DNA of 64,000 nt from Dimorphilus gyrociliatus (taxonomy: Eukaryota > Animalia > Annelida): contig CAJFCJ010000008.1 of NCBI GenBank assembly GCA_904063045.1, positions 1,240,001 through 1,304,000 of the forward strand, written 5' to 3'. The position numbers and the translations under genes were made by a program. Numbering within the stretch: position 1 is the stretch's first letter; each line of letters starts with the position of its first letter. A model generated the notes under the pieces. That model was not told where the DNA came from. It saw only the letters and a list, made by a program, of their open reading frames with translations, and made no database searches. Shown here one piece after another: positions 36,134 to 48,400 of this stretch.

Positions 36134-38547
36134 ATACAAACCAGGAAACAATACAAATTTTGGCCACCTGCAATGATATGAGAGAACTAAAGAAAACTTT
36201 TGTTTAGAAGAAAACATTTTATACGGTTGAAAAACTTATTTCTTTTAAATTATACGTTGACCTGACGTAGTACTTCGTACCTTGATTCTTACTTTGTCTA
36301 TTCTTTTCATAATTATTTTATCCTTTAAGTATGATTTTTCTTTGAATCAATAAAATATAAAAACCCATCTTGTACAAAACTTTTTAATAATAGTTATTTA
36401 GCGGGGAGAAAGAAAACAAAAAAAAAAGAAAAGCTAATAAACCAACAGCTATTCACGAATGTTCAATCATTGAACAAAAAATGTTATTTGATCTTAGGAT
36501 TAAATTGGCAAATGAAAGCATTTAATATCTTATGTGCTAATTGTTCACCAACTAGCTGTCATATTGTTCAATTTTAATAATAAAAATATTACTAGATTTC
36601 TTCGCTACTGTGTAACGATAAATGAATAAATAATTAATAAGATCTTATAGGCTATTGTTATTTTTATTATTATTATTATTTTAATTTTACTGATACGCCC
36701 TGCACTGTTCTATGATTCATCTCTACCTTAATAATGAAAATAGCGCTTAAATAAAAACCGTCAATCTCACAGTTTATATATAGTACGTTTTTCCAGGTAA
36801 AACTTTCAATTTCCAGTTAGACAATAAAAGATAATTAGTAGGAAGAAATTAAAGAAATTTATTCTTGGAGAATAATTACAACACCTATTCATATAAATAT
36901 ATATTTATATATCCTACAGAAATATTACTATAGATATATAAAAAACGGACTAGGTTTTCTTTATTTCGGATAGGATATGATATGAATTCAATTTAAAGGA
37001 CAAGAAATAGAGGATCATTATAATTATTAAGTATTTTTTTCATTAAAATTGGAATAATTATACGAAAAAGTCATTAAATTAAGTATAGACTTTCACTTTT
37101 ACGACTAGATTTGTTGCCATTTTTGTGTATTCGTATATTTATTTACCAATATTTGTTTACATTTATCCAACGAAAACTGATTCAATAAATGAGTAACATA
37201 AGTTGCTTTTCCCCCTCATTAATCTTTAAGCTTACAAATCCCAATTATACATTTTGAAAACATATGCTGAGAGGATATCTGCACTCTACCAAGTTTTCTA
37301 GAAAGAGATTGTTCTTTTAACTGCCTATCGAAATAGCAAGTATAACTATATTTACCTTAAAAATCCATAAATAGGTAATTATCAATAATAAATATAACTG
37401 CATTCTTATTAAACTTAATGTCAACAAGGCTAAGAAAACTTTAACCAATAATAAAAGATATAAGTCCGAGATTCGTCATATAAAGTCAACAAATTACTTG
37501 CAAACCTAACCGTTTTATTGCCTTAGAAGGCGTTAGATCCCATTTCATTATCCTGAGGAAGAAGCGCCCAAAACTCTTTAGATCGTTTTCACAATAAGAA
37601 CAATTTGGTAAAGGATATTGCAGATCTAGCGAAAAGAATTAGAAAATTTCCCAGCAGGAAATGAGATGAAACAAGCGATTTTTTTGAGAACATCTGTCAA
37701 TTTTCACAGTGTCAAGGACGTCATAGGTTAAAACTAATCTTTAATCTTTTAAATCCTAACATCAATTTTCCTTATCAAATATAAAAGAGATATAATCTCT
37801 TTTTTTTATTTATTAAAAATTTATAAAATACGTCTTATTGTTATAGTAATTTGTCTGCTAAAAGGTTAAAATTTTTTAACATTCGGCTTATCCCCTTTTA
37901 CAAATATAAAATTTATAAGGTTACAAAAAAAATAATGATTTCATTGATAAGCGAATAAATCATAGAGTTAATGATCGCCATGTTTTTTTTTCAAAACGAT
38001 TTAACAATAGCTGGGTATATATATATATATATATATATATAGCAGCCTTTTTCCTAAGCTTTTCATTTCATAGGTTTTTTTTTTCAATAAAGTTAAAGTA
38101 GTCGAACCTCTTTAAGTAAATTATTACTTTTTTTGGTTAATAATATCTTTGAACTGGAAAATAATCTACTCACCGGGAATTAAGTTGATGAAAATGTAAA
38201 CTTTCAAAAGAATTCCGAGATTATTCATATTAACTAAGCTTCTTCTTTCCCGTCTTCTTTTCCTCTTTTACATAACATTAATCTCCAACATTGAGTCTGT
38301 TCACTGAAACAAACGCACGAATATTTAAGAGACAAGTTGTAACAAAACAAATGAAAAAAGGGTATATTTTTACACTAATAAGGTTTAATTACCCCCTATC
38401 TACCTAATAGGAAGAAAAAGCTGCTTAAGATATAACAAAACCTCTAGGAACTTACAGTATAAATTATTCTTTATTTGACGTATGTACAGTAGAGAAGGTT
38501 CCGAGTGAAGTGTGTCCGAAGTGTGGTATTAAGAGGCTAACGAAATT

Positions 38548-38560
38548 CGCTAGGGGGCAG
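38548..38560 (+). promoter_or_regulatory. CTCF-like motif, intergenic
   Basis: CGCTAGGGGGCAG. Confidence 0.55.
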
Positions 38561-40590
38561 TAGGGTAGAGGTGCGTAGTTTTTTTCGTGACATTTCAATT
38601 AAGAATGTCCCAATCTTTCAGTTGTTACTGCCGATAGAAGAACCAAAATGCCTACGGGATGTGCTTAATTATTGTTGTCAGATGCAGTTTTTGTGCGAGC
38701 GGATGAAAAATTAGTTGGAAAGATTTCCATCATTTTTTTGTAATTGAAACAAGCCTGTAGACAGTAAACGTAAAAAAATGTATTAGGAATTATATAACAA
38801 ATATCATCCAAGTGAAAATTTATCTCAATTTCTTATAAATATAAATGAATAAAGTTATCTGTATTCGATGCACATCTCTTATATCTTACTCTAATGCTTT
38901 TCACCTTCTGAATTGGTATGTGTTATCTTAGGCCTAGTCAACAAATAAAAAGAAAAATGAATGAATTATTTGTAAAAAAAAAAGAAAACACTATTATGAA
39001 AGAAAAAGAAAGGTGTTAAAAGGTGGCCTTTGAATGATATTTTGTCTAATCTTATTGTAGACGTTTGTTAACATGCAGCTTTAATGAGGTCTTCTTAATT
39101 AAACACGCTTAGGCGAATTTTTATTTAAATAAGAGGGAGAGACTTCGTTTCAACTCTTAAAGATTAATTCAAGGTGAAGAGATTTCACATTAAGGAGGTC
39201 AATAAACCAAAAGTGTTAGGTGCAATAATAGAACAGACTATCATAAGATTAGAATTAAGGAAGATTAATTAACAAATATATACTCAAAGGTTTTCTTTCT
39301 TAATATCAAATTTCAATTAATACTTTTTTCATTCGTTAAATCATTCTAGTTTACTCGTTCATCCATTACTGACAAGTCAGAGAAAGGGGAAAACTATGTT
39401 CGTAAGAGAGTCGAAAGAAAAGAAGAAAAAGAACAAGAGAAAAAAAGAAAAACAAGAAAAGATGGAGGGAAAGAGAAAGAAAATATAAAAAGAGAATATG
39501 ATAGATAGAGAGTGAAGGCAAAGGAGATGGGGAATGATGGAAAAAGGGAAGAGAAAAGTAAGGGGATTTCTATGTAATTCTTGTTGCAGCTTAACGGAAT
39601 AATTGTGCATATCTTGTTTTATAAAGGTAAAGTTTATTGAAAGCTTTGTTTTTCCTTAAGAAAGAGTATATAAAGAAGGAATAAAGGCATTAAGCTACCA
39701 ATTGTCAGGTTTTGTCTGTTTTTGTAGCTATTTACTTAAGTATAAAAAGAAAACTCCTTGTAATAATAAACCTTTTTCTCTTTCTTTTTTAAAAAAATAT
39801 AGAAGATAATATATGTTACAATCTTGTATGAATATATAATACAATTACTGGCCAAATATTTAGTTTGACCACTATATTTTATCAAGTGTTGCGCTGGACA
39901 GCTCCACTTTAGGTACTCGATAATGGACACGTTATTTTACGCTATTTCACTGAGTTTGACTGCATATGACGTCGATAATTGGTTGTTTTAGGTGTTTATT
40001 TACTACAGTCTATCAAATGTTTCTTGTAGCTATATAACAATGCGTTTTCCAAACTAAAAAACTACGTTTTGTTTGACTGCCTAGAAACTTCGTCATTGTT
40101 TTATCATGGATGATACTAAGTACAATTATTGACAGCTTATCAGTTGCATCTTCTTCTTATGTACGGTTTATTTATGAGTTGTTTTGAATCTATCATTCAA
40201 TGAACATTTCTGTTATTATAAGCTTCGCTGCAGTCATATGAAATTAGTATACACTTTATAGATAGAACCCTGCATTCAAAATTGCATTTTAAATGCGCAA
40301 TTTAGTTTAATTTAAATAAAATATTTCAAGAAAATATAGCAAACTGTATTTCCATATTCTTCAATCATTATTTAGATATTGTAGAGACATCTAGTGCCTA
40401 ACAAAATTCTTTAATTTAGTTTACCAACTATTCTCAGTACCTCTTTTTTCTACGAATTTTTAATTATCTTTAAGTCTTTCCTATATTTTGGAAACATTAT
40501 GGTAATTAATTATCATTTTTTAAAGAATACTTCCCAGTATTTTATTTGATAATCAATCAAAATAATCTACTAGAGACTTGTTATTTAAAA

Positions 40591-42438
40591 TTAGTTTAAT
40601 TCTAATTCTAGAATAAGTAGTAAAGTACCGAGAAAATATAAGTTGACAGCAATATTATTAGAACTTCCGTTCATTGGCAGGAGTCTTGTATTCGACTTTT
40701 CTGATGTGTCCATTAATGATGCCACGCTATTTAGTATCGGCATAAAGCCTCGGTTGCATTTATTCTCAAAGTCATCTTGAGTAATTTCCCAAATCATAGC
40801 ACCAAATTTTTCCGATTTAATATATTCAATCTATTATAAATGAAAAAATATTATGCTATTAATTTCTAGTCAATAAACAAATTTATCAAAATCATACTTT
40901 ATCATTTATATCATCAATAGAATCGAAACCTATCCAAATATTATCGGATATTGAATAAACATAGGACGACTTAGCTAATGAGTCATTGCTATATGTCCAT
41001 CCATTAGTTAATAATTCGCAAATCTAAATAAAATTACATTGTTAATTTAGATATAAATAAATCAATCTAAGAGAAAATAATTGAATTTTCTTATTCATCT
41101 ATTAAATAAGAAAATCCCAATTTAAAACTAACTTCCGCAAAAGTATAAAACCATTTAGTTGTTAAACATTTTCCGCAAAAATCATTCGGTTTAAATTTAT
41201 GAAGAGACGTTCCAAAGGCTCTTCCGTATTCTGAAAGTCCTATAAAAATCTTGTGTCTCGGAATTCCTTTACTCAAGAAGTATTCTGCTTTTTCTTTCTA
41301 GAAGTAGGCAGAAACTAAATTGAATTGAAAGAACAATGAAGAAATTAATACAATAAGACGAATATCCGTATGAAACCCTAGTCGTCTATTCCAAATCCCC
41401 TTTAGATCGTAAGTCATTAAGTGAAAATTATCTAGATATCTGAGGGAAAATATATAGGTTTGATGTAAATACAAAAATATAAATATATAATTGGATATTA
41501 TACTTTTCCAGTTCTTTTAAATCGTATCCCTCTAACGCGGCATTTCCAACAGCTAATTTATTTTCAATTTATTGATTACAGAAAATTAATAAATAAAAAA
41601 AAACAAACCAAATGCATTCGTTAATATCTTTTCCTTCATATATTTTCTTACTGTCTAACATTTATATTATATATTAGTTTATATATTAAAGTAAAACTAT
41701 AGCTCAATTGTATTTTTAACCTTTACTAGGAGTGTAAATTGATGCTTCTCATCTTTCCCCGGCCATTCAAAATCCAAGTCAATTCCATCAAAATTATTAG
41801 TACTAAAACAGGTTAAAAAATAATTTAATAGTAAATTAATTTTAATAAAATGAATTTCATTTATTAAATAAAATTAGAATTAATTTATATTTTTTCACTT
41901 ACTCAACAAATTCTTTGCAACTTTTTGCAAATTTTTCAATTTGTTGTTCACTTTTTAACATCTCTGTAAATAGGTTTTTTTGGATTAAACTAGCACCGCC
42001 GATAGCTATCAAAACTTTCACTTTTCTCTTGTAATCGAGGCTATCTCTTAATTTAATAATATCACTATAAACATCTACAACATAATGAAAAAGGAAAAAG
42101 AATGCAATAAATTAAAAATATTAGCCAAGTTTCAGAGGGAAATTTTCATTAAAATACCGGTATATCCATCGGATATTAGAGTGCTATTTTCTGAATTAAG
42201 AGCGAATGCTATAATAAAATATCCACATTTGCCTTCCGAAAAGATTGAATTAATTCTCCCTAGCATGAACTTGTGCTTATAAGTAGGATAATAACATGCA
42301 ACTGAACCCGAGTGTTCTGAATCTATTTTACATTTTAAAAATATCAAGGCTTTCAAATGAAAAAAATAGTTTTGAATCTTCACCTATTTTTCCAAAAAGA
42401 AATTCCACAACAAAGAGAAATATAGCAAGTTTTATCAT
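40591..42438 (-). CDS. Glycoside hydrolase family 18 chitinase-like protein, secreted, with hydrophobic C-terminal tail and no chitin-binding domain; 10 exons, ~395 aa
   Basis: Exons on the minus strand: 42438-42384 (signal MIKLAIFLFVVEFLFGKI), 42322-42158, 42074-41903, 41802-41721, 41654-41609, 41552-41504, 41439-41352, 41297-41133, 41023-40898, 40830-40591. All are GT-AG with 54-109 nt introns, totalling 1188 nt in frame. GH18 motifs appear in the expected order: VACYY, KCGYFIIAFA, KVLIAIGG, FDGIDLDFEWP (catalytic DxDxE), FHLMTYD, GIPRHKIFIGLSEYGRAF, WIGFD, GAMIWEITQDDF. Confidence 0.92.
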
Positions 42439-45400
42439 TTTGTTTCTCTTATTTTTTCAGCTTGTTAGCTAACTCTTAGTTCGATTCTAAATTTCAAGTG
42501 AATAAATTATAACTCTTTTCTCTCTTTTCTACTTTTTTTATAGGCCATATATTCAGTTCTGGATTGAATTTTAAACAAAAAACGAAAAAACAAATATAGC
42601 ATAGGATCTCAATATAAATATCTATAGAATATATTTTATAGATCATATTATATACTCTCTTATACAATATGATATACATTTTCTCTTACGCATGAAAAAT
42701 TTCACAAATTTCATCGCTTTTATCATCAAAGTAAGATAAAAAGAGAAAACTGAATAGCATGTAATAGTTCTTCTCAATAATTCATCAATTTTTACAAAAC
42801 CTGAACAAATAATTAATACTAGCTCGATTGATATAGCTTTCAATAAAAAGCTAGCAACAAACTATAATAATAATTTACGTTTTTTTGCTTGTGTTTGATA
42901 AATTAATTATTGAGAATTGTTATTACTTTTTTCATAATAAGGTCCATTTCATACCATTGTATTATTTACTGAATATGCTAAAGCTCTATGATAAAAATTA
43001 TTAAGAATATGCATTACCAGTATTTCATTACGAATTAACAACAATTACGTTAATGCATCAATATACCATGCCTTTTCTAACAATGACAAAAATTGAAAAA
43101 GGTTAGGAAGTAAAGCAGAAAGATACACAATAAATACATAATTCTAGTGTTAACCATATCGTTAATATTACTAGAACTACAACTATTACTATTTAAAACA
43201 CAGTGAATGGATAGAGAATGGACTGATAGATAGACAAATTTTCATTCCAGCTATATATAAAGTCTATCGATCTTTCCGGTTGTTTGAGGTAGGAAGTTGA
43301 GATCCATTCCCCGCATGCAATAACCGCGTCCATTTAAACTCATATAAATGAGTAACTTAGAGGGGCTTGTTTAGATGGTAGCTGCTGCTTTCAGAAATCA
43401 TTACTGATACTTGACTTAATGAAATTTTAGCGAAGACGATAGTGTCACTTAAGGATCTCTCAGTTTTCTTTCCCTCCAAACTTTAAATACATTGCCTAAG
43501 TTACGATAAAAAAAATAGGAATGATTTAAAAATTAGTAGAAAAATATTAAAATTATAACATTTAATTTTTGAATATAATGAAATTTTACAAAGCCAAGAA
43601 AGGAGAGAAGGAAGAAATGTCATATGGTTAAAAAAATATGTTTACAAGAACCCTTGATTTATATATAATATTTAAGTTTATCTTGAATGAATTTAAACAT
43701 AACTTTGAAGTAGTTTCGTTTGTTGATCAAAAGAAATTTTAATGTCCAGTACAAAATATTCTTAATATAAAAAACTATACACGTTTTCCAAAGCCAAACT
43801 AAAATCCCAATGTCAATTAATTAAAAATTCATTTCAAAATAGACTATTTAGAAAAGATTATGGACAATTTTAAAATCATAGGAAAAATAATCTTTAAATA
43901 CCGGTAAAAAACAAATTGTCAGATATAGGTAAAGGATTAATTAAAAATATTAAATACCGTCCTCATTCCTCTCACTAAATGAACTATATTGGAAAATTCG
44001 GACTATTTATGAGTATTCTTCTAAATGGTTACAGTTTTTTCTCAAATAGAAAAGGATAAGACGAATAAAAAAGGCATTGTTTACTATTTAAGTGATATAT
44101 AAAGTTTTAATCTATAATCATTGGCACAAAAGAACAGTAATTCCATATATACTTAATGAAAATCGAAACTAATTTATTCTAGCAACCGATCTTTTTCGTT
44201 GTTTCTTTTTCTTAAAAAAGTGAATGTTTGTCAAAGACGGATTGACTATATTCTTAGTTGTTTACTCAATTTTACAGCGCAATTAATTAATCTCTCCCTT
44301 TGCGTTAATCTAGTAATAAATCTTTTTATTTTTACTATTAAGCAAGATGAAAAGGCATTTGAATATGAATTACACTCGTAAATAAAAATATAGATTTTCA
44401 TTGCTGCCATAATTAAAGAGGACAAAATTATTCTCAGAATTATTCTTAATTAGAATTACATATGACCGTAGCTTTGGCCATTTGTATGCGTATTCTTGGA
44501 AAAAGATATTGGAAAAGCTTTAGACTAGAAAAATTTATGGGAGAGAGTAGTTATGCAATAGCCTCTGTCAAATCACCGTTGAGAAATGAATCACGACTGA
44601 GGTCATTAGGACAAATAAGTCCGAGATTTTAGTTATTTACTATCTTGGCTTTTTCTTTTGTAGAGTAAATTCTATAACTTTAAAAGAAAAACCTAACAAA
44701 ATTATAAGTAATCTATAGATTTCGTATAAATATATAGAAACAAAAATAAGTGTCTAGAAAAAATAAATAAATGTAATAATATAAATAATAAAAATTCAAG
44801 TCATACGAAATTATTATTAGTTTACCGTTGTACGCATAATTTATATTTATACAATAGAGAAGATTTTTATATGTAAATGACATGAAATTTCTAAAATATG
44901 TTGGTGAGCGTATATAGAAATATTTATCTTTTCAACTAATATCTCTTTAATGAAGCTTAATTAATGTATTTCTTAGAAAAATCTTTAGTAATGTATGTTT
45001 TTTATTGCTATTATTAAAATCAAAATAATGAAATACTAATTACTTATTATGGAAATTGAAATTTTTCTCCTAGCAAGTCATACAGTTCGAATGTATAGAA
45101 AATAAGGCGGGCAAGGAGGAAAGAATAGTAAGGAGAAATATCGTAGAATGGTGACATCTACAGGAAAGATATTAAGTATCGTATGGGTCACGAATCTGAT
45201 GCGTTTAATTTATATCTTCCGCTACAAATTTTAATAATTGCTATATAAATTAAATGAAATATTTGTCAGCCTACTTTCCTTTCTTGCTGACGCTAGAATT
45301 TATTAGGAAATATGGAGAAAATTCTTAGTTTCTCTATTTACTCCTCTCATGAAGAAGGTTTTCATTTATTTAATAATGAAGAAGAATGAATATTTCAGCC

Positions 45401-48400
45401 TCAAAATTTTTAGAATTTTTGTAACATAATTATTGTTCTGTCAATAGAATAAAAACTACTATTTGCATATTAAAATATGCTACATCGATTTAAGAGATTT
45501 TTTGATTTAAACATCATTTAAATATTTGTACCTCTATATTAGTGAACTTAAGCGAATTTGTGGGACATTTTAATTATATCAATATGCTTGTAGTACTTAT
45601 CTTTATATGAAAGAGTATTTAAGGTGAGAACCGATTGATCTTTTTTACGGTATATATGTATATAAATAAGTATATGTTGATTTACTCAGTTTTCGACTCG
45701 CAATATTTCATTATAAGAATTATAAATAATAAATTGATATAACGATTTTAGTACTTAAGCATATCAAATGATCTTTTGAAATATCACATTCTTATAACTA
45801 CTTCATTCTATTCTGTTCACATTTCTGCCTATTTCTTTGGCCTCCGCTAACCCTATTCTCTTTTTCACTATTAGTTATCTAATCATCGAAATGGAAAATC
45901 GAAAAGGATTTAGGAAAGAAGGAAAAACGGAAGAGGGAATAATTTTTTTAGAAGAAATGCTCAGTTCGTAGTGTCCTTTTAAACCCTTGGGCACAAAAGA
46001 CTTGAAAAGTGCTTAAAAATAAATGGTATTTTGTCCAAGTATGATCAAACCCCATTACTTCTTGGCACTGACAACAAGGAAAAAAAAGAAAAGTAGAAGA
46101 TATTCGACCTTCCCCTGACCCCTGAAAGACAGAATCAAAAAGAGAACAATCACTGAAGATGTAATTTGAAATTTTAGAATTTAACTCTATACTATTTAGT
46201 TAAACATTAATAATAAATGTTACAGCGCTTTCGTAACAAATGAGTGGGTGTCAGCAAGATAGTTAATACGTCTGGAAAGTCTCATTTCACTGTTTGGTAT
46301 TCTTTACTATATGTAACTATTTAGTAATTCGACTAAGAGTGGTCCAAGTTAATTTTTCAAAAAGAAATAAAAAGGAAATAACACCTGTTCCTATTTTTAT
46401 TAAAAAAAAGACTTTTTTTTATTAATAATTTTTTTCTAATGTAAAAAGTTTATGAAATTATAACGAATTGTACATTCCTAACCCAGTAAATAAACATTCT
46501 TATTTAGCCACATGACAGTTTTTAATCAATTTACCTTAAGTAGCAAGAAATGAGATTTTAAATTATTCAGATCCTGGAAATTATACGATTTACATTGATG
46601 ACAGCTATTGACATCTTTCTTTTTTTTTGTAGTCTAACATTGTAGGGTTTATTTTCTTTATGTAGGTAAACAAAATATACCTTATACAAACATATTTACA
46701 ATGTGTTTATTAAAGCGTTTACACGACTATAAGTTAGATATGCCAATCTAAAGAAGTAAAAAATTTAAGTAATGTGCTTTCTCGATCATTCTAAAGAATA
46801 TTCAATGAAAAACTTGGCGGATCCAAATGTTTTTATAAGAATTTAAAGAATGATAACCGATATATATTTACACCTTATTAAAAAAGATAGAGAAGGGAAA
46901 GAAGATTGCTTTGTATATTAATAAAAAAGAATAAACTAAATATCTTTGTACTAGTTAATAATTTTCGAAAGAGAAACTGTGAAGATTGAGGTAAGAATAG
47001 CTAATTTACGACATTAAAAAGGTCATAAGTGCCAGGAAGCTAATATCCGTTAACAGCACTTGGCAGTGTTGCATTAAATTGTATGTGCTTCAAGTTTTAT
47101 CAATAAAATACACATAAGAAGAGAAAGGAAAACTAAGTTGGTAATGTTTATTTTCCCTAAAACGATATAAAAAATTTGTACATTTCCCTCCTACCCTCTT
47201 TGCCTCTCAACTTCTTTTGAAAATTAGCTTATGACAGTTAAGCCATTAGTCAAAATGAGATTAATTATTCATTTTCTAATAATATAACGATGTCACTAAT
47301 AAAGTGTCCTAAAATCTCTCTTTTTTCTAGTTTTTTAGGTTACTAACTGAAGATGGTACCATTAAAGAAAATGTAAATGTAAATTTCGAATCAGATCTCT
47401 AACAAAGCAAACAATAGACGAAGGCATGTTTGCATACAAAAAAAGTTATAGTTTATGCCAGAATTTTGTTTATCTGTTTGTTTCAAAATTTTTGCTTATC
47501 ATTTTGTTTATAGGATGTACAATATTAGTATTTTGAATGTTTTTTGACACCCATGAACTATTTCCTCTTCAAAGTAACGAAAAGTTAAAGTTGACAGATA
47601 AGGTGAATCTATTTGTAATGCACTTTGAGAATTGTTTGAAACTTCAACTAAAATACAATAAAATAACTGATAAGCTTGTCTTAGTTCAAATAAAAGAATG
47701 AATTAAGCTTTCAAACTAAGCGATAAGTGGGTTAATCATGTCGATTTATTCTCAATCAACAAGTCTTCACGGGAAAGGAGAATTTTGTGTTAAAGAAAAA
47801 ACCCAACCATTATCGCGAATCGTGACTCTCTAAATAACAAATTTACAGTTGATGTCAGCTGGATATCTAGGATTAATAATACGCGTTTACTTTCACACAG
47901 TAGGTAAATGGAAGAGAAGTCTGAGAAATTGTACATCCATATATTAATAAGGTAGTTTTCTTCTTCAAAAAAATTACTTGGCACTTTAAGAAATTGTTGG
48001 TTTATGTAAACTTCGTATCCTAAATATATCCCTCAAATAAACAATAAAGTTTAATTGAGAGTTTGAATTGAACTTTTTGGCTTCTCTATACGAACTCTAC
48101 ACTCCTCTATTAACGTTAATGTATTCATACAAATGACATAAAGGCAAAAGCTAAAGGAGTTCTTTGATATCAAAGTTCCTCTGCACGTTATAGCAGGTAT
48201 TTCTTTTAAGAGTAATATTATTAGTGAAAAAGTATAGTGGCGGAGAATAAAACTTTTTATTTTCCATCTCTGACTTATAGATAATACCAAAAATATCTTA
48301 CTCTTTTTTAAATTAATAAAAAAGCAAGAAGTCTTCATTAGCCGGGTTAAAAGTTCATTCTTTATATTGTAAACGTTGTATTTGCATAGTCTAAAAATGT

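Noticed and set aside
42643-42843. ORF …RRTITCYSVF…FFM with a phase-1 GTAAGA donor that could serve as the chitinase first exon
   Set aside because: The exon at 42438-42384 gives a much better signal peptide with a typical 61-nt intron. This upstream frame lacks a proper ATG-led hydrophobic leader.
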